Shown here one piece after another: positions 17,531 to 25,007 of a DNA stretch of 49,837 nucleotides. Both the position numbers and the translations under genes were made by a program. Under the pieces are notes generated by a model. That model searched no databases, was not told where the DNA came from, and was given only the letters and a program-made list of their open reading frames with translations. Source of the stretch: a virus. Where the stretch lies: IMG/VR virus record IMGVR_UViG_3300045988_175398. One strand, 5' to 3'. Each line of letters begins with the position of its first letter. The first letter of the stretch is position 1.

Positions 17531-19242
17531 TTATTTCACATTACAGCGGAAATTATTGCATCATTAAAGATGGTTGCAAAAACGGCGGTTTTGCCAAGCT
17601 GACAAATCTGCCTGGTTATAAAAGATGGCAAGGGCGTGACCTTATTTTCAGACCAGCAGCCAATGCCATTCAGTTTATCAATGAAAACTTTGATGATGTG
17701 CATTGGGAAGAATCAGCTCAGACATTCTTGGATGAATATATAAGAGTTGCCAAGCAGGCTGAATTGAACAAGAATAACAAGACAGGGAACATAGACTTTT
17801 CCATGGATGGACATCTGTATAAACGCCCGCCAATGGACCACCAGAGAAAAGCATTCATGATAAGTAGAGACCAGCAGGAGTTTGGGCTATTTATGGAGCA
17901 AGGAACTGGCAAGACAAAAGTCATCATTGACACAGCAGCATATCTGTATGGAAAAGGTGAAATTGATTGCTTTGTTATTATTGCTTGGCCAAATGGTGTG
18001 CATCGCAACTGGATTGACACAGAGTTAGATGAGGACATGCCAAATTGGTGTCCTTATAAGGCTTGCTGGTATAGTTCAAACTTGACCAAAGCCAAGAAGA
18101 AAGAAATTGAGGATGTTTACAATTTTGACAAAGGTTTGCGAATTATCAGCTTCAATGCAGAAGCCTTTGTTTCTGATAAAGCCAAAGAATTGATTTATAA
18201 ATTTGTTCATGATTTCAAAACACTGCTGGTGCTTGACCAATCTGCATGTATCAAGAATCCAACAGCCAAGCGCACAAAATTCTTAGCAGATAAAATTGCA
18301 CCTCTTGCCAAATTCCGGCGTATTTTGGACGGACAGCCTGTGGCTGAGGGTGGTGAGGAATTGTACAGCCAGTTCAAATTCCTGAATCCGATGATTATTG
18401 GCTGTGACACTTGGACAGCATTCAAGGCAGAATATTGCAAAATTGGCTTCTTCAATGAAGTGGTTGGTTATAAAAACATGGACAAACTTTATGATAAAAT
18501 TGACGGATATTCATACAGAGTTCTTGAGAAAGATTGTTTGGATTTGCCAAAGCGTATTTACAAAAAATGGCACTTTGATTTGTCAGATAAAGAATCTGCT
18601 ATTTATGAAGATTTGCGAAAGACCAGCATTGCAGAATTTGAGGGTGAAACACTAGCTGAGCAGCTGCCACTTGTCAAGAATATGAGATTGCAGCAAGTTG
18701 CCAGAGGCTGGTGGGTGCAAAGAGATGAAGCCAGTGGAAAAATTGTCACCAAAACAAGAACCATTGAAGAAGTCCCCTCAGCCCTTAAAGCATTGGATGA
18801 AGTCTTGGCAACCTATACTGGCAAAGCAATTATCTTCAGCAGATATCGTGCAGACCTTGAACTGCTTAAAAAGCATCTTGGTGACAAGGCTGTGACATAT
18901 TATGGTGGCATGAGTGATGATGATAAGCACAATGCCAAAGTTCAATTTCAAATCAATCCTGACATCTTGTATTTTATAGGACAGCCCCGCACTGCCGGTA
19001 TTGGGCACACTTTGACTGCTGCCAAGAATGTGATATTCTACAGCAATGATACAAGTTTGCGTTTTCGTGAGGAAAGTGAGAAGAGAGCCCACAGAAAGGG
19101 ACAAACAGAAAGGGTGCATGTTATTGACTTAATTGCCAATGGTACAGTTGACAAGAAAACAGTTAACGCTTTGCGCAGCAAGAAAGAACTGAGCGAATTT
19201 ATTTTGAGAGACCCAGAATCATTCTTTATGAAGGAGGAATAA
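17512..19242 (+). CDS. SF2 (SNF2/DEAD-like) helicase
   Basis: MEQGTGKT (motif I), LVLDQS (motif II, DExx-like), C-terminal helicase domain (IIFSRY...YYGG...GQP); 576 aa. Confidence 0.6.
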   Translation: MEKNIVIISHYSGNYCIIKDGCKNGGFAKLTNLPGYKRWQGRDLIFRPAANAIQFINENFDDVHWEESAQTFLDEYIRVAKQAELNKNNKTGNIDFSMDGHLYKRPPMDHQRKAFMISRDQQEFGLFMEQGTGKTKVIIDTAAYLYGKGEIDCFVIIAWPNGVHRNWIDTELDEDMPNWCPYKACWYSSNLTKAKKKEIEDVYNFDKGLRIISFNAEAFVSDKAKELIYKFVHDFKTLLVLDQSACIKNPTAKRTKFLADKIAPLAKFRRILDGQPVAEGGEELYSQFKFLNPMIIGCDTWTAFKAEYCKIGFFNEVVGYKNMDKLYDKIDGYSYRVLEKDCLDLPKRIYKKWHFDLSDKESAIYEDLRKTSIAEFEGETLAEQLPLVKNMRLQQVARGWWVQRDEASGKIVTKTRTIEEVPSALKALDEVLATYTGKAIIFSRYRADLELLKKHLGDKAVTYYGGMSDDDKHNAKVQFQINPDILYFIGQPRTAGIGHTLTAAKNVIFYSNDTSLRFREESEKRAHRKGQTERVHVIDLIANGTVDKKTVNALRSKKELSEFILRDPESFFMKEE

Positions 19243-19611
19243 TGGAGATGACGGAAAATAATATCAAATTAGAAGCCGGAAGACTTTATTATGTGAAAAA
19301 AACTAAATGGAGATATTGTAATAAGAGAAGCCTGTATATATTCAACTTTAAGAACAGAAAAGGCAATTCCGTTTGTTGATTTTGAAGATAGAGATATTAT
19401 AGAAGTCATAGCTTCAATCCCTGCCTATGAGCAAATTCAAGATACACAGAAAAAGATTGAGATTGCTGTTAAGGCTTTGAATACGATTAAGCATGCTATT
19501 GAGTTTGGTTTTCCTAAAAGAGAGGGAATGAAGATTGATACACCATATACTATGCTTTTGAGAAGTGTCGAAGAAAAAGCACAGCAAGCATTAAAGGAGA
19601 TTAAGAAATGA
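19242..19611 (+). pseudogene. ~122-aa gene broken at an A7 homopolymer (19296-19302): frame 0 ORF 19242..19376 and frame +1 ORF 19297..19611 (no start codon) join if one A is removed
   Basis: Strong SD AAGGAGG before ATG 19242; downstream frame is open for 105 codons with protein-like composition and ends in ATGA coupling with the next gene; the two frames overlap only downstream of the A7 run. Confidence 0.45.
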
Positions 19612-19853
19612 TTGATAAATGCATATTTGTATTTTTGCTCGCTTTATACGGGCTTGCAATTTATTTCTTTGCTGCCAAGATTTTCCCATCATTTTGGCAA
19701 GTGTGCAAAAGCTGTGTGAAATATATCAGAATCATCAGAAAGATTGATTTTGGCACATTCTTGTTTGTTTTTATAACTGCTGTGACATTTTTGGCAGCGT
19801 ATGTTATATACATAATCGGAGCTGCATTATGGATGATGAATTCTATTATTTAG
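19608..19853 (+). CDS. small membrane protein (2-3 TM)
   Basis: Hydrophobic segments FVFLLALYGLAIYFFAA and FLFVFITAVTFLAAYVIYIIGAALW. Confidence 0.5.
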   Translation: MIDKCIFVFLLALYGLAIYFFAAKIFPSFWQVCKSCVKYIRIIRKIDFGTFLFVFITAVTFLAAYVIYIIGAALWMMNSII

Positions 19854-20251
19854 CCTTGTCAGTCAAAGACAGAATAATTAAGGAATGTGTTGCCAAGTAT
19901 GGCAATCTGAAGCAAGCTTCTTTGGAAATTTTTGGTGGTAAAATCTGTCTGTACAGAGATGATTCATTTCCAAAAATAAACGCTGTTTTGAAAGTTTGCC
20001 AAGCTTGCGATGTGTCATTTGATTATATCATGACTGGCAAGAATAAACAGCCATATAAACCTTTGAAAGAAACATACAGCAATCTCATCAAGGAATATTC
20101 AGATGCTTGTTGGAATAAAAATCCATTGGATAAAAGCACAAATGTAATTCTTCATAGACTTAGACATGGTAAACAGACAACATTATCTCTGCCAAATTTC
20201 ATAAAATTCGTGAATAGATATAAAAAATTGCCATCCTATCTTATTGAATAA
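19829..20251 (+). CDS. hypothetical protein (140 aa)
   Basis: ORF track. Confidence 0.5.
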   Translation: MDDEFYYLALSVKDRIIKECVAKYGNLKQASLEIFGGKICLYRDDSFPKINAVLKVCQACDVSFDYIMTGKNKQPYKPLKETYSNLIKEYSDACWNKNPLDKSTNVILHRLRHGKQTTLSLPNFIKFVNRYKKLPSYLIE

Positions 20252-20293
20252 ACATAATAAACAAAAAAAGTTTACAAAAATGTAAAATAATTG

Positions 20294-20322
20294 TTGACTT
20301 ATTTGTTCAAATAGATTATAAT
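20294..20322 (+). promoter_or_regulatory. conserved early promoter TTGACT-17-TATAAT with upstream caaaaaaagtttacaaaaatgtaaaataattg element
   Basis: Exact sigma70 consensus hexamers with 17-nt spacing; about 45-bp block nearly identical to copies at 44205 and 49655; leader ttatggaaaggaataaacgATG follows. Confidence 0.7.
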
Positions 20323-20371
20323 GTAAATATAAGGTTGAGAGGCAACCTGATTTTATGGAAAGGAATAAACG

Positions 20372-20671
20372 ATGATGAATACATATTTGAATAGTTTGAA
20401 TGAATTGAAAACTTTGCCTGTAGAAGTTCAGAAGGATGTTGCAGAGCATCTTGTCAATTACAACGAAGTTTCTGTCTCAAGAGATAATGGAAGATATTCT
20501 TGCTTTAATGGAAGTTGCCTTTGCAACCGGTATGCACACGACCACAAAGTTTGGTATTTTGACAAGAAAACAGTTCAGCAAATTCCTGAATTGGCAGAAA
20601 TCATCAAGCGAGGTGAAGAAGAATATGAAAGATGGTGCGATAACAATGATGTGAATTGGGATGCTTTATAA
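20372..20671 (+). CDS. hypothetical Cys-containing protein (99 aa)
   Basis: ORF track; conserved promoter and leader upstream; terminator downstream. Confidence 0.55.
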   Translation: MMNTYLNSLNELKTLPVEVQKDVAEHLVNYNEVSVSRDNGRYSCFNGSCLCNRYAHDHKVWYFDKKTVQQIPELAEIIKRGEEEYERWCDNNDVNWDAL

Positions 20672-20672
20672 T

Positions 20673-20710
20673 TAAAAGGGAGGAGAACTCCTCCTTTAAT
20701 TTTTATTTAT
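20673..20710 (+). terminator. putative rho-independent terminator
   Basis: aaagGGAGGAGaaCTCCTCCttt hairpin followed by aatttttattt. Confidence 0.5.
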
Positions 20711-20728
20711 AAAATTGGAGAGATAGCC

Positions 20729-20881
20729 ATGATATATTATGTTTATGTCAAAGACAAAGATGGAAATCACATTATATATGGACAGAGTGAAGATATTTTT
20801 GAAGCGAATGAAATTTACAGAAAGGCAAAAGAAGAAGGATATGAATATGTTGCCATTTGGGGTAATCTCATAAATTTCTAG
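20729..20881 (+). CDS. small ORF (50 aa) at the convergent strand-switch
   Basis: GGAGAG SD 6 nt before ATG 20729; MIYYVYVKDKDGNHIIYGQSEDIFEANEIYRKAKEEGYEYVAIWGNLINF; not in ORF track (below 60 aa). Confidence 0.4.
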   Translation: MIYYVYVKDKDGNHIIYGQSEDIFEANEIYRKAKEEGYEYVAIWGNLINF

Positions 20882-21284
20882 CTCTTTTTGCCATCATATC
20901 ACAGACAGATTGCTCATATGTATATCTGTCTTTTCTTTTGGTGTGAGCTTTTCTGTGGTATATATGGAAATTGTCACCAATCAACTCTCTGATGTAAAAT
21001 GCCAGCTTCTTGTATTTACCAGAAGCCTGTTCTGGATTTTTGATTGCATTTATAGCAACCACAGAATCTGTTATGATATTTATTCTTTCTGGTGTGTATT
21101 TAATAGCCTGCTCAGCCCCAAATTTAATTGCCAGCAGCTCAGCTTCATTGTTATCAGCAGCATACGCCGGAATTTCAAAATAATTTCTGTTTATGCCTTT
21201 GGGGCTGAGCATTCTTATCAGAGTGATTGCCAATCCTGCTTTCTTTGTGTTATTGTCAAAACTAGCATCACACCAAATTTGCAT
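20868..21284 (-). CDS. ribonuclease H (type 1)
   Basis: CDASF (Asp1), NNEAELLA (Glu), IITDSV (Asp), C-terminal HRKAH...CDMMAKRA consistent with the RNase HI DEDD active site order. Confidence 0.65.
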   Translation of the reverse strand: MQIWCDASFDNNTKKAGLAITLIRMLSPKGINRNYFEIPAYAADNNEAELLAIKFGAEQAIKYTPERINIITDSVVAINAIKNPEQASGKYKKLAFYIRELIGDNFHIYHRKAHTKRKDRYTYEQSVCDMMAKRARNL

Positions 21285-21285
21285 C

Positions 21286-21522
21286 TTAATCCTTTTCCAG
21301 CTGCAGTTGAGTTTTGCGCAACCGCCCTAACCAATCCCAAAAATTTTCATATCCTTGGTATGGAATCTGCTGCAGTTCTTTGCCAACTTTCTCGCCAGCA
21401 ATTGGCCATTCAATTTCAACTTCTTGAATGCAACTAGAATTGGTTGTGGAGCATGAGCTCAATAATGTCATCACGCTTAGGATTAGGCATAGCAATAATT
21501 TTGGCTTTCTTTTTGGCATCAT
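21286..21522 (-). CDS. o-spanin-like outer-membrane lipoprotein, partly embedded in the i-spanin gene in another frame
   Basis: MMPKRKPKLLLCLILSVMTLLSSCS: signal peptide + lipobox LSSC; ORF track 21286..21564 overlaps 21434..21652. Confidence 0.5.
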   Translation of the reverse strand: MMPKRKPKLLLCLILSVMTLLSSCSTTNSSCIQEVEIEWPIAGEKVGKELQQIPYQGYENFWDWLGRLRKTQLQLEKD

Positions 21523-21652
21523 ATCTGATGACTTCAATTGTTTGAACATCTTTCTTCTTCTCAACTTCTAAAACAATGCTTTTCTTGACTGAAAAATAAA
21601 GTGTGGCGAAAAAGCCTACAACCAAAATAATGGCAATCAGTTTACTCCACAT
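21434..21652 (-). CDS. i-spanin-like protein (N-terminal TM anchor)
   Basis: MWSKLIAIILVVGFFATLYF TM segment, charged periplasmic part; immediately downstream of the holin/endolysin. Confidence 0.45.
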   Translation of the reverse strand: MWSKLIAIILVVGFFATLYFSVKKSIVLEVEKKKDVQTIEVIRYDAKKKAKIIAMPNPKRDDIIELMLHNQF

Positions 21653-21663
21653 TTAATGGTCTC

Positions 21664-21861
21664 CTACACAGCAAATGGTAAAATAAGCGATAAACCCTTG
21701 CCAAAACTCTCTAACTGCTCTGGAGCAAGAAAAATCAGCACAAGGATTAGTCCTATAATAAGCAGCCAAATGGAAAATTTGAGAATAAACTTAACTCTTT
21801 CCCATTTTTTGTCACTCATATTTGAGACAACTTTCCAGAAACATTCATGATGTTTTACCAT
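21664..21861 (-). CDS. holin-like small membrane protein
   Basis: 65 aa, TM segment FSIWLLIIGLILVLIFLAP, adjacent to the endolysin. Confidence 0.45.
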   Translation of the reverse strand: MVKHHECFWKVVSNMSDKKWERVKFILKFSIWLLIIGLILVLIFLAPEQLESFGKGLSLILPFAV

Positions 21862-22343
21862 TTGAACACTCCTGTTTCAATTGTTCTTGCAATTCTGCCA
21901 GCCCTAGTCGGAAGCTCTCTGCCATATTTGCTGTTTAAGCACTCAGCAGCAGCTTGTTTATAAAATCCTGTTCCCATATAGCTCAGCATCTTTTTGAAGC
22001 TCAGAAGCCCTTTTTTGCTGTTGCCAATTCCCATGTTGAATGCCATGTCAAGCAAAGCATATTGCCGTTCATCATCTAAATTCTCGTAAAATGGGACTGC
22101 TCTTTTTAATTCAGCATCAAAATTCAGGATATCTTTGGTCAATATTGCAAAGGCTTGGGCTTTGGTTATTCCTTTGGTCATATAATCTTTGTCAACCAGC
22201 CGGAGCTCTTCTTCTGTGAATGGTCTGTCTTCAATATTTCGCCCAATTCCAATGGTGAGCTTATTGGCTGTGCATCTGTACGGCTTGCTCCTGAATCCTT
22301 CATGGATTGCCAATCTTTGTTTAATTTCATCCAGACTTAACAT
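21855..22343 (-). CDS. endolysin, T4-type lysozyme (GH24)
   Basis: IHEGFRSKPYRCTANKLTIGIGRNI aligns to T4 lysozyme [21 protein letters not shown] (catalytic Glu conserved; Asp20 position is Cys). Confidence 0.7.
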   Translation of the reverse strand: MLSLDEIKQRLAIHEGFRSKPYRCTANKLTIGIGRNIEDRPFTEEELRLVDKDYMTKGITKAQAFAILTKDILNFDAELKRAVPFYENLDDERQYALLDMAFNMGIGNSKKGLLSFKKMLSYMGTGFYKQAAAECLNSKYGRELPTRAGRIARTIETGVFKW

Positions 22344-22406
22344 ATGAAAATTCCCTCATCTTGCTGACAAGGGAATTATAAGCCTTTTTTCGCAAAAAGT
22401 AAATAT

Positions 22407-22685
22407 TTATTTCTTGTGGGCAGATGCAGCATAGATTTTCATCTTGCCAATCCGCTTGAAATCTGGGTCAGAAACAAATCTGTATCCATCTTTGATATAC
22501 ATTGAATCTGGTTTGTCTTCATCATAAAAATCAGAATACACCATGTTCACAGCTGCATACAAATCCCATTTCTTGTACCTTTTTGTCTCAAGAGGAATGC
22601 CAAGCTGTTCGGCAGCATTGAAAACATCTTCCGGATGCTTCCAATGTGGACCATCTGTTCCATCAATATTTTCAAGCTCACTCAC
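22407..22685 (-). CDS. hypothetical protein (92 aa)
   Basis: ORF track. Confidence 0.4.
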   Translation of the reverse strand: MSELENIDGTDGPHWKHPEDVFNAAEQLGIPLETKRYKKWDLYAAVNMVYSDFYDEDKPDSMYIKDGYRFVSDPDFKRIGKMKIYAASAHKK

Positions 22686-22775
22686 AAACTTCTTTCAGCT
22701 TACTTTTCCGCATATTCCTGCATTTGGTCTTAACATCTTTGACTGAACCTCTCGGCATAATAACCTCTGCAAAAA

Positions 22776-23069
22776 TTAGCCTTCCGAAATCTTTTTAATC
22801 GCAACTGCAATACCATATCCAACAACCGTCATGAATCCAATAATAACTGACTTCACAAAAATCTCTTTGGCAATCTCCCAAGTCCTTTCGCAATTGTCAT
22901 TACCACTTCTTGCCCAATTAAAAACATCTCTTAATTTATGAAGCCCCTCATCTGTGGCTGGGTCAATATCAGTTATGTTTTTAATTTGCTGGTAAATTTC
23001 CTGCTTTGTTTCCTCTCTGGCTTCTTTGACTGTCTGTTTAATTATCAGTTGAATTTCTTTGTTTGTCAT
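22776..23069 (-). CDS. small protein with C-terminal TM helix
   Basis: VIIGFMTVVGYGIAVAI hydrophobic C-terminus. Confidence 0.4.
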   Translation of the reverse strand: MTNKEIQLIIKQTVKEAREETKQEIYQQIKNITDIDPATDEGLHKLRDVFNWARSGNDNCERTWEIAKEIFVKSVIIGFMTVVGYGIAVAIKKISEG

Positions 23070-23436
23070 CAGCTATCTTTTCTCTATTCAGAATTGTTTT
23101 ATATATTATAGTTGAAGTGAACGAAAAAAACAACAAAATTTCTACAAATATAAAAAATTGTCGTGCCACGAAGCCCAGAATCTGTCCATCAGTCAGCCCT
23201 AAGTCATCAAGCAGCGAGAAGAAAAAAGCCGAGCACCAGTGAATTGCCATGGCAAGAAGAAACATTTTCAAAGTTGAATTTTCTTTATTTGCCAAATGAT
23301 AAGCAGCAACTGAATAAACTGCTATGATAAATCTGCAATCATTGGCAAACACATACCAAGCCAAATCACCATCCAAAAAATAATGGGTGTATGACAAGGC
23401 ATAGCAGCCAATGATTGCAATCAAAATCTTCATCAC
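23038..23436 (-). CDS. integral membrane protein (about 4 TM)
   Basis: Multiple hydrophobic helices (ILIAIIGCYALSY, FIIAVYSVAAYHL, MFLLAMAIHWCSAFFFSLL, FFIFVEILLFFSF). Confidence 0.45.
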   Translation of the reverse strand: MMKILIAIIGCYALSYTHYFLDGDLAWYVFANDCRFIIAVYSVAAYHLANKENSTLKMFLLAMAIHWCSAFFFSLLDDLGLTDGQILGFVARQFFIFVEILLFFSFTSTIIYKTILNREKIADDKQRNSTDN

Positions 23437-23437
23437 A

Positions 23438-23575
23438 TTAATTCTTTGACGGAGTCGGCTTTTTCGGACTTCTCATAGATGATGTGCCAGAGGGCTTGCA
23501 TCTTTTTGACGGAGTTGGATTCTTCGGACTTCTTAAAGAATTCTGTGATGTAGGTTTTGAAGCAGCTTTTACCAT
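23438..23575 (-). CDS. 45-aa K/P/S/T-rich micro-protein with tandem repeat RSPK(N/K)PTPSK
   Basis: AAGGAGAT SD 8 nt before ATG (minus strand); MVKAASKPTSQNSLRSPKNPTPSKRCKPSGTSSMRSPKKPTPSKN; encoded by a 30-bp direct DNA repeat (23444-23473 / 23501-23532); below ORF-track size cut-off. Confidence 0.4.
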   Translation of the reverse strand: MVKAASKPTSQNSLRSPKNPTPSKRCKPSGTSSMRSPKKPTPSKN

Positions 23576-23602
23576 GGATTTATCTCCTTGAAAATGTTAT
23601 TA

Positions 23603-23676
23603 TGGAGGGCGACACTGGAATTGAACCAGCCTAAAAGGATTTGCAGTCCTCTACATAACCGCTCTGTCAATCGCCC
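23603..23676 (-). tRNA. tRNA-Cys (anticodon GCA)
   Basis: Reverse complement reads GGGCGAT...GGTTCAATTCCAGTGTCGCCCTCCA: 7-bp acceptor stem, T-loop GGTTCAATTCC, anticodon loop CTGCAAA, encoded 3' CCA; 74 nt. Confidence 0.75.
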
Positions 23677-23720
23677 ATCATAATAAATATAATAATAATT
23701 TTGTGAAAAGTAAAATGCTT

Positions 23721-24335
23721 TTAATTGGTTATTTTTGTAATGTAGTATAACCCGCAGCCAAAAATAAAGCCAACCACAACTTCACTTATTTGAGTTGGTG
23801 CTCTGCAGAATTTATGCAGTCTGCTAAAAATCCAATTTTCTCTTTCCCAAAGAGTGTGATTAAAAGCATAAACTGGACTTACCAAAGCACCAATCAAAAC
23901 AAAAACTGGTGACAAAAAATATAGAACAGCCATTGGACAAGTGTACCTCATGCCCATATACATAAAATCATACAAGAATCCATATTTATGTTCATCGGCA
24001 TTCATTTTGTTGAACCACCAATCTAAGGGCTTGTGATACCAGCGTTCATTGTAGCGTTTGATGGTTGTTTCGTCTGGTGTTCCTCTGCCAATATCAAAAC
24101 ATGCACCATGCCCTCTGCTCCAAAATTGGAATTGCAAATAACAAGTCAGAACCAAAGAGGCAACTGCACCTTGCCAACTCTTAAAACTGCAGAAAAGCAG
24201 AAACATTGACAGCATCATAACTATGGTTTGCACACCTCTGTTTCTCAGCAAAGGATATTGCTCAAGACAACCACCATACCAACGCCGTAGGAATCCCCAC
24301 CATAAGCCATAAGCAACCATGAATAAATATTCCAT
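23721..24335 (-). CDS. polytopic integral membrane protein (function unknown; candidate moron)
   Basis: 204 aa with about 6 hydrophobic helices, Trp/Tyr-rich; lies between the tail-fibre genes and the tRNA. Confidence 0.45.
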   Translation of the reverse strand: MEYLFMVAYGLWWGFLRRWYGGCLEQYPLLRNRGVQTIVMMLSMFLLFCSFKSWQGAVASLVLTCYLQFQFWSRGHGACFDIGRGTPDETTIKRYNERWYHKPLDWWFNKMNADEHKYGFLYDFMYMGMRYTCPMAVLYFLSPVFVLIGALVSPVYAFNHTLWERENWIFSRLHKFCRAPTQISEVVVGFIFGCGLYYITKITN

Positions 24336-24470
24336 TTCTATTCCTCCATTTGATATTGATTGTTTTATTTTATTGTTTTAACAGCTTATTCAATTTTCTC
24401 AAAAAGCTCTGTATTTTCATTTTCTGTGAAAAGTTCAAACAGCTTTATACAGAAAAGTCAAGTCTATTTA

Positions 24471-25007
24471 TTAGAGTGTAGGCAGATTGTCGTCCCATGT
24501 AATTTTCTCCAATTCTTCGGCTGTCTTTGCGGCGTCAATTTGAGCCTTGAGAGCTGTTGCTTTTTCATGGCATGTATTTGACCAAGTGGCCAGAGCAACA
24601 ATCAATCCGCCAAGTTGCTGGGCATTTAAATCTATTGTCGAATTATCTTGACAGGTCCAAGTAATAACCGGAGCTTCTTCTGTAATAGGCAGCAAAGACA
24701 TCGCTTGGGAAGCACAAGCCATTCTTTGACAAGAAATTGGGTCAGAATCAAAAACCTTTCCCATGTACTCAAATCCGCCTTGTTCTGCGGCATCACGAGC
24801 AGCATTAATTTCAGAACGTTTATCTTGTTTAGCTTTTTCAAATGCCTCTGTAGCAGTAATATAGGTTCCATCAACAAGTTTATACTCGTCTTTTGTTTCT
24901 TCAATACTTGTATATTTAACAAAAGGATTGTTTTCGAGTTCTTCACGAGTATTCGCAACGCTTGCAATAAACTCAACACCGTTATTTTCTTGATAACCTA
25001 AAAACAT
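24471..25007 (-). CDS. tail-fibre-associated protein (assembly/chaperone or distal fibre part)
   Basis: Position immediately downstream of the putative tail fibre; 178 aa. Confidence 0.3.
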   Translation of the reverse strand: MFLGYQENNGVEFIASVANTREELENNPFVKYTSIEETKDEYKLVDGTYITATEAFEKAKQDKRSEINAARDAAEQGGFEYMGKVFDSDPISCQRMACASQAMSLLPITEEAPVITWTCQDNSTIDLNAQQLGGLIVALATWSNTCHEKATALKAQIDAAKTAEELEKITWDDNLPTL

